From positions 96,001 to 160,000 of the forward strand of contig CBEVQO010000005.1 in assembly GCA_965552055.1 (NCBI GenBank): a stretch of 64,000 nt of DNA, written 5' to 3'. The DNA is from an uncultured bacterium. Lineage in GTDB: Bacteria > Hydrothermota > UBA3073 > NMUJ01 > CBEVQO01. Positions 9,684 through 17,920 of this stretch are shown piece after piece. The notes below the pieces were generated by a model that saw only the letters and a list, made by a program, of their open reading frames with translations, did no database searches and had not been told where the DNA came from. Numbering within the stretch: position 1 is the first letter of the stretch; the number at the start of each line of letters is the position of its first letter. The position numbers were made by a program, and so were the translations under genes.

Positions 9684-10087
9684 TGGATGTAATAAAAGAA
9701 ATGGAAGTAAGTTTATATTGTGACGGAAAAAGTAGTAAAAAGATGAGATTATATTTTGATAGTGGCTCACCTTATACTTTTATAAAAAAGTCGAGTGCAG
9801 AAGCGATAGGAGGTATTTTTAAATTACCATCTGAAGAAAGATTCGTTGGACTTGGAGGCGGCGGATTTATAAGTGCGGAAGCACAGCATCTTCATATAAA
9901 GGTTTCAAATGTATGGTGCGCGCATTTTGTTTATGTGATTGATGATGCTATTTTCAAAGATGAGTATGATATGCTTGTTGGTCATGATTTTATGCAAAAA
10001 TATGGTATAAAGGTGGTGCCTCATACAGGTGATATTGAGATAGATGAGGTTAGATTGAAATTATCGCAAACTGTGAGGATGGTATGA
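9683..10087 (+). CDS. Clan AA (retropepsin-like) aspartic protease, inserted in operon
   Basis: LYFDSGS motif and MLVGHDFMQKYGI motif; TGATG overlap with the large subunit. Confidence 0.75.
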   Translation: MDVIKEMEVSLYCDGKSSKKMRLYFDSGSPYTFIKKSSAEAIGGIFKLPSEERFVGLGGGGFISAEAQHLHIKVSNVWCAHFVYVIDDAIFKDEYDMLVGHDFMQKYGIKVVPHTGDIEIDEVRLKLSQTVRMV

Positions 10088-11877
10088 CGGATATTCTTTA
10101 TCTATTATTAATACCTGCTGGTGCCGGTGTTTTGAGTTTGTTGTTGCCTCGTCGTGCTAAAATTGGTGCAGAAATAATTGGCTTACTTGGTAGTGCGGGA
10201 GCGCTCTTTTATTGTGTGCTTATCTATTTGCGTTATAACTCATTTACCAATGCATGGTGGAGAATCGATGGATTATCCCGTTTTATACTTTTATTCTGTG
10301 GTATTTTTGGATTTATAATAACTCTTTATTCACTTCCTTATATGAGGAAATTTAAAAAGTTAAATGAGTATTATGGCTATCTGTTATTTACAATTGCAGG
10401 TTCATTTGGTGTGGTTCTTGCCAACAATTTGATTTTATTCCTTGCCTTGTGGGGCTTTTTGGGTTTGACTCTTTATCTTCTGGTAAACATAAGTGATGAA
10501 GGCTCGCCTGCAGCGAAGAAGACGATGATAATTGTAGGAGGTGCAGATTGTTTGATGATATTCGGGATAGTTGTATTAATTTTGATGACTTTTTCTTTCA
10601 GGATGGACCAGATGAATGTAAATGTTTCGGTTTCTCCTTTAGCGGCTCTTGCCTTTGTTGTTCTTGCACTTGCTGCCTTTGCCAAAGCAGGTGTTATGCC
10701 CATGCATACATGGATGCCTGATTATACGCAATGTGCACCAACATCCGTAGCTGCTTATCTGCCTGCGTCACTTAATAAATTGTTGGGAATATATCTGCTT
10801 ATGAGATTGGTTAAAGATATTTTTAAGTTGAATAATGCTATGCAAATATTTTTGCTTGCTATTGGAGCATTCACTATTATAGCTGGTGTAATGATGGCGT
10901 TAATCCAGCATGATGTTAAAAGAGTGCTTTCTTATGATGCAATATCACAGGTTGGATATATGGTGCTGGGGATAGGGACATTGAATTCCATAGGTTTTAG
11001 CGGAGGTTTATTCCATATGTTAAATAGTGCGATATTTACAGGATGTTTATTTCTTACTGCAGGGAGTGTTGAACACAGGTCAGGCACAACCGACCTTGAT
11101 AAACTTGGAGGATTGTCTCGCTATATGCCTGTTACTTTTATTGCATTTATAATATCAGCGCTGGCGATATCAGGAGTGCCGCCACTTAATGGCTTTTTCA
11201 GTAAATGGATGATTTATCAGGGGATAATTAAGCTTGGTGAAAAGAGTAAACTTTGGATTTTGTGGATTGCGTGTGCGATGTTTGGTAGTGCGTTGACCCT
11301 TGCAAGTTTTATGAAGCTTTTGCATGCAATTTTCCTCGGACAAAAAGCCGATTATAAGAAAGAAATAAAAGAGGTGAATTTTGCAATGTTGCTACCGCAA
11401 ATGTTCCTTGCTGCTTTATGCTTTGTATTTGGTATATGGGCATTTAATGTTCCACTGAGTAAATTGATTTATCCTGCTGTTGGAAGTGTGCCTCATTTTG
11501 TAGGCTGGTGGGAGCCCTGTCTTGCTACGATTTTGATAATCGTGGGAATATTAATAGGTGCTATAATTTATGTTGCTGGAAAAGTGAAGGTCAGGGAAGA
11601 GGAGCATCCATTTATCGGTGGAGAGATTTTACCAGAAGAAGCAAGGATTACGGGTGTAGATTTTTATAAGACAGTAGAAGAGATGTGCGTTATAAGGACT
11701 TTTTACGGCTTGGCAAAGAAAAAATTGTTCGATATTTATGAATTGTGCAAAAGAATGTTTCTCTATCTTGGAAGTAAGATTTCGAAGTTGCATACTGGTG
11801 TTTTGACATCTTATATTGGCTGGATATTCTTTGGTTTTATCATAATTTTATTCGTGGTTTGGATGCTTAAATGGTAG
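10084..11877 (+). CDS. Antiporter-like subunit (NuoL/MrpA/HyfB family)
   Basis: AKAGVMPMHTWMPD, SQVGYM and GVPPLNGFFSKW motifs; many TM helices. Confidence 0.88.
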   Translation: MTDILYLLLIPAGAGVLSLLLPRRAKIGAEIIGLLGSAGALFYCVLIYLRYNSFTNAWWRIDGLSRFILLFCGIFGFIITLYSLPYMRKFKKLNEYYGYLLFTIAGSFGVVLANNLILFLALWGFLGLTLYLLVNISDEGSPAAKKTMIIVGGADCLMIFGIVVLILMTFSFRMDQMNVNVSVSPLAALAFVVLALAAFAKAGVMPMHTWMPDYTQCAPTSVAAYLPASLNKLLGIYLLMRLVKDIFKLNNAMQIFLLAIGAFTIIAGVMMALIQHDVKRVLSYDAISQVGYMVLGIGTLNSIGFSGGLFHMLNSAIFTGCLFLTAGSVEHRSGTTDLDKLGGLSRYMPVTFIAFIISALAISGVPPLNGFFSKWMIYQGIIKLGEKSKLWILWIACAMFGSALTLASFMKLLHAIFLGQKADYKKEIKEVNFAMLLPQMFLAALCFVFGIWAFNVPLSKLIYPAVGSVPHFVGWWEPCLATILIIVGILIGAIIYVAGKVKVREEEHPFIGGEILPEEARITGVDFYKTVEEMCVIRTFYGLAKKKLFDIYELCKRMFLYLGSKISKLHTGVLTSYIGWIFFGFIIILFVVWMLKW

Positions 11878-12419
11878 ACCTTTATATCATAATTGGGATT
11901 ATGATTTTAAGTGCCATAATTGCTCTTGAAGTACGGGACCTTATTTCTTCGATTATATGTGCTGGTGTGTGTGGTTTTGCACTTGTTTTTGTGTTTCTGC
12001 GTTTACATGCACCTGACCTTGCGGTCGTTCAAATGATTGTGGAAACTCTATCTTTAATAATTTTAATAGCAGCAATTTTGAGGACTACAAGAGAAGATGT
12101 TCAGGAAGGGATTTCATTTAACAAAGTAATTTTGTATCTTGGAGGACTATTTTTTGTGATAATATTTATGATATTTGCATATAATGTTATAAATGATATG
12201 GCGAAGTTTGGAGAGCCATATTTGAGAATGTCTTATCCTTATATTGAGCAAGGTGTTAGAAGTTTATTCAATGGTGGTCCAAAAGTTGCGAATATTGTGG
12301 GAGCTGTTCTGCTTGATTTCAGGGGATATGATGCACTTGGATGTGCTACAGTGCTGTTTGCCTCTGCGATAGGTGTTCTTGTAGTTTTGAGGAAAATAGG
12401 TAGAAAAAAGGATGTTTAA
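11871..12419 (+). CDS. MbhD-MbhE-like fused subunit (DUF4040 plus MrpB N-terminal region)
   Basis: APDLAVVQ and NIVGAVLLDFRGYDALG motifs. Confidence 0.8.
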   Translation: MVDLYIIIGIMILSAIIALEVRDLISSIICAGVCGFALVFVFLRLHAPDLAVVQMIVETLSLIILIAAILRTTREDVQEGISFNKVILYLGGLFFVIIFMIFAYNVINDMAKFGEPYLRMSYPYIEQGVRSLFNGGPKVANIVGAVLLDFRGYDALGCATVLFASAIGVLVVLRKIGRKKDV

Positions 12420-12813
12420 ATTTGATAAATATTTAAAGGAAGCAAAGAGATATATTGAAAAAGGGGATGCGGTGCAGGCAAGCGAGAAACTTTATAAGTG
12501 TGGTAAAGAAGCGATAAAATTGCTAGCTGAAACTTTTGATATTGAAGAAAATAAAGAAGCAAAAGAGATGGGAAGATGGTATACGCCTTTACTTGGAAAT
12601 GCTGCGATTAGATTGAGTAAAATTGTGGATAGCAGGATATTTGCTTTTTGGAAGACAGTTTATTATTTGCATTGTGAAGGGTTTCATGAGCGTCATCTTG
12701 ATGTTGAAAATGTAAGAGAAAATCTTAAAGATATTGAAGAATTGGTTGAAATAGCGAAGAAATATAAAAATGAAAGAGGGATAAATGAAGGAAGGGATGA
12801 GTTTGATAGTTAA
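12412..12813 (+). CDS. PaREP1 (HEPN-superfamily) protein, divergent fourth copy inserted in operon
   Basis: GDAVQASEKLYK, GRWYTPLL and YLHCEGFHE motifs. Confidence 0.82.
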   Translation: MFKFDKYLKEAKRYIEKGDAVQASEKLYKCGKEAIKLLAETFDIEENKEAKEMGRWYTPLLGNAAIRLSKIVDSRIFAFWKTVYYLHCEGFHERHLDVENVRENLKDIEELVEIAKKYKNERGINEGRDEFDS

Positions 12814-13222
12814 AACAGTTGCAAGGATTTTAAGCTGGGTAATAGCACTTTATGGTGCTTACATTGTGGCGCATGGTCATCTTACACCTGGTGGTGGTTT
12901 TGCAGGGGGTGCTATAATTGCCTGTGCTTTTATTCTGCTGTTCCTCGCTTACGGGTCCGAGGTGAAAGAAAGCCGGGTTAAGCTTTTACAGGCGTTATTT
13001 GCAGGAAGCCTTGGAGTATTCTTCTTCTGGCTGATTGCACTACTTGGATTATGTTTCGGAACATACTTCTTCTCAAACTTATTTGCTAAGGGTAAAGCAT
13101 TTTGTCTTTTTAGTGGTGGGATAATTCCTGTTTGTAATGCTACGATAGGTTTTGGAGTGGCAGGTGCTTTGTGTATGATATTCATAGGTTTTGCTGCAAT
13201 TAAATTATTGGAAGGAAAATGA
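12785..13222 (+). CDS. mrpB: MrpB/MbhF subunit
   Basis: HGHLTPGGGFAGG motif. Confidence 0.88.
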   Translation: MKEGMSLIVKTVARILSWVIALYGAYIVAHGHLTPGGGFAGGAIIACAFILLFLAYGSEVKESRVKLLQALFAGSLGVFFFWLIALLGLCFGTYFFSNLFAKGKAFCLFSGGIIPVCNATIGFGVAGALCMIFIGFAAIKLLEGK

Positions 13223-13569
13223 TTTATTATTTGCTTGGAATATTGCTTTTTGCGATAGGGCTGTATGGAGTGCTTACAAAGAGGAATCTATTTAAAATAA
13301 TAATTGGCTTGCTGATAATAGAATATGCTGTATTTTTGATGTTTGCACTTGTGGGATACAGAGAAGGAGGCATTGCTCCTGTTTTTGTGAAAGGCTTATC
13401 AGCAGGAGATGCGATACAAAAAATGGTTGACCCTATTCCTCAATCACTGGCTCTAACTGTGATGATTATTGGATTGGGTGCTATTGCATTGATATGTGCA
13501 CTTGCCGTAAGGATTTATGAAAAATATGGTACACTCGATGTCAGGAAAATTAAGAAATTAAAAGGATGA
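13219..13569 (+). CDS. mrpC: MrpC/MbhG subunit
   Basis: RNLFKIIIGL and VDPIPQSLALT motifs. Confidence 0.88.
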   Translation: MIYYLLGILLFAIGLYGVLTKRNLFKIIIGLLIIEYAVFLMFALVGYREGGIAPVFVKGLSAGDAIQKMVDPIPQSLALTVMIIGLGAIALICALAVRIYEKYGTLDVRKIKKLKG

Positions 13570-13928
13570 TGGGCATGGTGGAAGTTAAAATTAAAATGAT
13601 AAATCCCCAGAATGGTAAAAAAATGTGTGAGTTAAACTTTGTAGCAGATACAGGTTCGATTTACAGTGTGGTATCTGTTGAGGAACTTTCAAAGATAGGG
13701 ATAACTCCTCGGTATGAGCGTGAGTTTAAAACTATTGACGGTAAAAAGATTCGTCGCAAAGTTGGCATTGCAATATTTAAATACAAAGAATATGAAGGAG
13801 GAGCTCCTGTGATTTTTGGTGAAAAAGAAGATATGAATGTGCTTGGTGTTACTGCACTCGAAGCAATGGGACTGGAAGTTGACCCTGTAAATAAAGAATT
13901 AAAACCTGTAGAATTATTGTTGCTATGA
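13566..13928 (+). CDS. Clan AA (retropepsin-like) aspartic protease, inserted in operon
   Basis: FVADTGS and VLGVTALEAMGLEVDP motifs. Confidence 0.82.
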   Translation: MMGMVEVKIKMINPQNGKKMCELNFVADTGSIYSVVSVEELSKIGITPRYEREFKTIDGKKIRRKVGIAIFKYKEYEGGAPVIFGEKEDMNVLGVTALEAMGLEVDPVNKELKPVELLLL

Positions 13929-15409
13929 TGGAGTGGAGCATTCCAATATTTGTTGCTATACCTTTATTCTTTGCGTTTATTTTACCGATTGCAGGTAGGA
14001 AGTCAGAGAGGGTGGGTGATGTGCTTGCAAATATAGGGACACTTACTACATTAATATTCGCTATACTGAATGTTAAATTTATGAAAGAAACATCGGTATA
14101 TTATGTCGGAGGATGGAAGTTGCCCATGGGAATCTATCTTGTGCGTGATGCACTTACAATATTTATGCTCATTACGGTAAATCTTGTTGCGTTTATGTCA
14201 ACTTTATTCTCAATAAATTATATGCAGAAATTTACAGATAAAACAAAATATTATGCATTATTTATGTTGATGCTTGCTGGTATGAATGGTGTGATAATTA
14301 CAGGTGACTTTTTCAACCTTTATGTTTTCCTTGAGATAGCTGCGATTGCATCTTATGCACTTGTAGCGTATGGGATAGAATCAGAAGAGTTAGAATCTGC
14401 ATTCAAATATCAGGTGATGGGAAGTGTCGGTTCTGCATTTATTCTTCTGGCAATAATTCTGATTTATTCTCATACAGGTACATTGAATATGGCTGATGTA
14501 GGTAAAGTTCTTAAAGAAAAAGGTTTATCAAATCTTTTAATTTTTACAAGTGTTTTATTTATCGTTGGCTTTGGTATAAAGGCTGGTGTTATTCCTTTCC
14601 ATGCGTGGTTGCCCGATGCACATCCATCTGCACCTGCACCAATATCCGCAATGCTATCAGGAGCTGCGATAAAAGTAATGGGAATCTATCCATTAATCAG
14701 AATAATTTATAATGTAATAGGGTTTAATGAATTGTTCTCCAACATTTTGATGATTCTTGCTGTCATTTCAATAATAATCGGTGATTTACTTGCACTGTTG
14801 CAATGGGATTATAAGCGTTTGCTTGCATATTCGAGTATAAGCCACATCGGATTCATATTGCTTGCTGTGGGATTGGGTACGCCTCTTGGAATTCTTGCAG
14901 GATTATTCCATTTATTTAATCATTCTGTTATTAAAGCGTTGTTATTCCTGAATTCTGGTAGTATTGTTTATTCTGCTGGTACTAGGGATTTAAAAGAGAT
15001 GGGAGGATTAGATAAAGATATGCCTGTGACAAGTAAAACAAATCTAATAGGTTCTATGTCTATTGCAGGTATTCCGCCATTTAATGGATTCTGGTCGAAG
15101 TTGCTGATTATAGTGGCGTGTATTACAGCGGGTAAAGCGGGCTATGCATGGTGGGCGATAGCAGGTAGTATAATCACACTCGCTGTGTTTGCCAAAGCAT
15201 ACAAATATGTATTCTGTGGTGAAAGTAAGAAAAAAGTTAAAGAATCACCTGCATGGATGTGTATAGCGATGATAATACTGGCAATAATTTGTGTTGCAGG
15301 AGGATTGTTGCTCTTACCAGAAGTAAAAGTCGCTTTCTTAAATCCAGTAGTGGAAGTGATTAGAGGAGGTTTACAGTATATCGATAGGGTGCTGGGAGGA
15401 TTGCAATGA
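13925..15409 (+). CDS. mrpD: MrpD/MbhH antiporter-like subunit
   Basis: DFFNLYVFLEI, KAGVIPFHAWLPDAH, LLAYSSISHIG and GIPPFNGFWSK motifs. Confidence 0.9.
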   Translation: MMEWSIPIFVAIPLFFAFILPIAGRKSERVGDVLANIGTLTTLIFAILNVKFMKETSVYYVGGWKLPMGIYLVRDALTIFMLITVNLVAFMSTLFSINYMQKFTDKTKYYALFMLMLAGMNGVIITGDFFNLYVFLEIAAIASYALVAYGIESEELESAFKYQVMGSVGSAFILLAIILIYSHTGTLNMADVGKVLKEKGLSNLLIFTSVLFIVGFGIKAGVIPFHAWLPDAHPSAPAPISAMLSGAAIKVMGIYPLIRIIYNVIGFNELFSNILMILAVISIIIGDLLALLQWDYKRLLAYSSISHIGFILLAVGLGTPLGILAGLFHLFNHSVIKALLFLNSGSIVYSAGTRDLKEMGGLDKDMPVTSKTNLIGSMSIAGIPPFNGFWSKLLIIVACITAGKAGYAWWAIAGSIITLAVFAKAYKYVFCGESKKKVKESPAWMCIAMIILAIICVAGGLLLLPEVKVAFLNPVVEVIRGGLQYIDRVLGGLQ

Positions 15410-15891
15410 GGTATATCGTTTTGTTCATCTTTGCTTATGTAATGTGGATTCTGCTGACCTGTGCCGTTGACTGGCAGCATTTACTTACAGGCGCACTTGT
15501 ATCTTTACTTATCACAATAATTTTTGGCAAAAGTGCATTCGCCGGTAAGGTTAAATTCTTTGATTTAAGAAGATGGTTCTGGTTTATAGTTTACATCTTT
15601 GTATTTTTATGGGAATGTATAAAGGCAAATATTGATGTTGCGTACAGGGTTATTCATCCTCTTATGCCGATAAAACCTGGAATTGTGAAAGTTAAAACAA
15701 ATTTGAAGTCGGACATTGCGAAAACATGGCTGGCAAATTCAATAACAATGACACCGGGAACATTATCTGTGGATATAGATGGGGAATACCTTTATGTCCA
15801 CTGGATGTATGTGAGGGATGAAAGTTTGGAAGGTGCTACAGAAAAAATAGTCGGTAGATTTGAAAAGTTACTTATGAGAATATTTGAATAG
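15406..15891 (+). CDS. mrpE: MrpE/MbhA subunit
   Basis: ANSITMTPGT motif. Confidence 0.9.
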   Translation: MRYIVLFIFAYVMWILLTCAVDWQHLLTGALVSLLITIIFGKSAFAGKVKFFDLRRWFWFIVYIFVFLWECIKANIDVAYRVIHPLMPIKPGIVKVKTNLKSDIAKTWLANSITMTPGTLSVDIDGEYLYVHWMYVRDESLEGATEKIVGRFEKLLMRIFE

Positions 15892-15899
15892 GAGCAGTT

Positions 15900-16154
15900 A
15901 TGATGCCACTAATTTTAATATTGATAGGAATAATGGTGCTGTGCCTGATAAGAGTATGGTCTGGTCCCACTATTGCCGATAGGCTTGTTGCAGTTAATAT
16001 GTTTGGGATAATTATGGCAGGAATTACAGGGTTGCTTTCGATTCTTTTCTATCGGGAATTCCTTATAGATATTGCTCTTGCATGTATTTTTTTGCTTTTC
16101 ATAGGCACAATAGCGTTTGCGAAATATCTGGAAAAGAGGAGGTTTGATGATTGA
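15900..16154 (+). CDS. mrpF: MrpF/MbhB subunit
   Basis: GPTIADRLVA motif, three TM helices. Confidence 0.88.
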   Translation: MMPLILILIGIMVLCLIRVWSGPTIADRLVAVNMFGIIMAGITGLLSILFYREFLIDIALACIFLLFIGTIAFAKYLEKRRFDD

Positions 16155-16488
16155 GAAAATAGGTTTTGTAATAATATGCATTGGAATTGCTTTTAACTTC
16201 TTCGGGATACTTGGGTTATTGCGTTTACCCGATGTTTACAATAGATTACAGGCATCTACAAAATGTGTAGCTCTTGGCACATGCGGGATAATGTTTGGTG
16301 TATTTTTGATGGCACTGGCGAAAGGAATGATAAGTTTGGGTATAAAAGCACTTGTTGCAATACCTTTAATTTTCATTACATTAGCTACCGGTTCACATGC
16401 ACTCGCAAGGGGAGCACATAAATTTGGCATAAAGCTATGGGAAAAGAGCATCTGCGATAAATATAAAGAAGATAAGGGGGATAAATGA
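16147..16488 (+). CDS. mrpG: MrpG/MbhC subunit
   Basis: GLLRLPDVYNRLQASTK and SHALAR motifs. Confidence 0.9.
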   Translation: MIEKIGFVIICIGIAFNFFGILGLLRLPDVYNRLQASTKCVALGTCGIMFGVFLMALAKGMISLGIKALVAIPLIFITLATGSHALARGAHKFGIKLWEKSICDKYKEDKGDK

Positions 16489-17105
16489 AATTGCCGAAAA
16501 TTAGAGAATTGGGAGAAGCTTTGAAAGCAATTTTTACAGGTCCCTATACTCTTAAATTCCCGGCAGGTCCGCCAGCAGAAACCACCAAATACTACAGGGG
16601 AAAGCCTGTGCCAGACGACGATTATTGCGTGGGATGCACTGCATGCGCATCAGTGTGTCCTTCAAAAGCAATAGAAGTGGAAGATGACCCGAAAAAGGGA
16701 ATAAGAAAAATAATAAGAAGATACGATAAATGCATATACTGTGGGCAATGTGAAAGATATTGTCTCACAGAAAAAGGTGTTCACCTGACACAGGAATGGG
16801 ATTTAGCGGGATTCAAGCGCGATGAGATGCGATATGTCCAGGAAAAAGAATTAGTAGTTTGTGATAGATGCGGAGAAGTGATAAGCACAAAGCAACATCT
16901 TTTATGGCTTGCACATAAACTTGGAGAAATGGCTTACGGAAATTATCCTTTGATTTTGGTATCCTATGATAAATTACAAATTGTAAAACCTGTTCGCGAA
17001 AAAATAGAAAAAGAAAAACCAGTAACAAGGCAGGACTTTTTCAGAATCTTATGCCCCAAATGTAAACACATAGTCATCCTTTACGATAAATACGCGATAA
17101 GGTGA
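16485..17105 (+). CDS. NuoI/MbhN/HycF-like 4Fe-4S subunit with extra CxxC pairs
   Basis: CVGCTACASVCP, CIYCGQCERYC, CDRCG and LCPKC motifs. Confidence 0.88.
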   Translation: MKLPKIRELGEALKAIFTGPYTLKFPAGPPAETTKYYRGKPVPDDDYCVGCTACASVCPSKAIEVEDDPKKGIRKIIRRYDKCIYCGQCERYCLTEKGVHLTQEWDLAGFKRDEMRYVQEKELVVCDRCGEVISTKQHLLWLAHKLGEMAYGNYPLILVSYDKLQIVKPVREKIEKEKPVTRQDFFRILCPKCKHIVILYDKYAIR

Positions 17106-17542
17106 AAATAGTAGTTTGTGGTGTAGGTAACAGATTGAGGGGCGATGACGCAATAGGTTTACTTATAATAGAAGAACTCAAAAAAGAAAATTTGAACGCA
17201 ATACTTATAAATGCAGGAAGTGCACCTGAAAATTATCTTCAAAAAATAATAAATCATAATCCGGATATTTTGCTAATCATAGATGCTGTGGACTTCAAAG
17301 GCATACCTGGTCAGACAAAAATTGTTAATGTAGAAGAATTGGAAGATAAGTTTTTTTCAACACATTCCCTTTCTTTAAAATTTCTGACACAATACTTAAA
17401 ACAATTTTTACCTGATTTGAAAATTTTGCTGATAGGCATTCAGCCAAAAGATACAAATTTAAGAGAAGGAATAACAAAAGAATTAAAAGAAAAATTACCA
17501 CAAATTAAAAAAGAAATTATCAAAATGCTAAAAAATTATTAG
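17102..17542 (+). CDS. hycI: Hydrogenase maturation endopeptidase (HycI-like)
   Basis: GVGNRLRGDDAIG, APEN, IIDA, FSTH and LIGIQP motifs. Confidence 0.88.
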   Translation: MKIVVCGVGNRLRGDDAIGLLIIEELKKENLNAILINAGSAPENYLQKIINHNPDILLIIDAVDFKGIPGQTKIVNVEELEDKFFSTHSLSLKFLTQYLKQFLPDLKILLIGIQPKDTNLREGITKELKEKLPQIKKEIIKMLKNY

Positions 17543-17725
17543 CCCCACCTCCCAGTCCCCGCCTTCCCATGTGCACACCCCTCGCAAGGCACAGCCTTGA
17601 CAACACCATAGCTCTATAAACGCCCTTCCCGTAAAACCCGACCCATACGCCCCAAAATCACAAAGTACCTTGCTCGGGGTGTGACAAAATACCCATTGGT
17701 GATAGGCTCGCTTACGCTCGCATTA
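17539..17725 (+). repeat. Dispersed GC-rich intergenic repeat with ~85-nt central insert
   Basis: TTAGCCCCACCTCCCAGTCCCCGCCTTCCC ... CCCCTCGC[insert]GCTCGGGGTGTGACAAAA ... GCTCGCTTACGCTCGCATTA. Confidence 0.85.
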
Positions 17726-17740
17726 AAAATTTTTTGATAT

Positions 17741-17825
17741 GCACCCTCGCTAACAAAATGTGATTCATCTTCCACTGCTCGGGTGTGACAAATATTCTTA
17801 TGTGAAACACGCTCCGCCCGTAATA
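17741..17825 (+). repeat. Partial second copy of the repeat (central hairpin arms and degraded 3' part)
   Basis: GCACCCTCGCT ... GCTCGGGTGTGACAAA. Confidence 0.65.
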
Positions 17826-17842
17826 AAAACCCAAATCCCCAC

Positions 17843-17884
17843 TTGACAAAATTAGATTTTTATTATAATATTAGATATGTCTAA
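17843..17884 (+). promoter_or_regulatory. Promoter TTGACA-N15-TATAAT followed by a DtxR/MntR-type operator palindrome
   Basis: TTGACA 17843-17848, TATAAT 17864-17869, near-perfect palindrome TTAGATATGTCTAA 17871-17884 over the expected start site; DtxR-family gene 1 kb downstream. Confidence 0.7.
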
Positions 17885-17920
17885 CAATGTTTGGGATATA
17901 GAATTAAAAAGGAGGGTGGG

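Noticed and set aside
5456..17105. Calling the cluster complex I (nuo) or the Ni-less Mbx/Mbs
   Set aside because: The large subunit has both CxxC Ni motifs and a cleavable tail, and a maturation protease is encoded.
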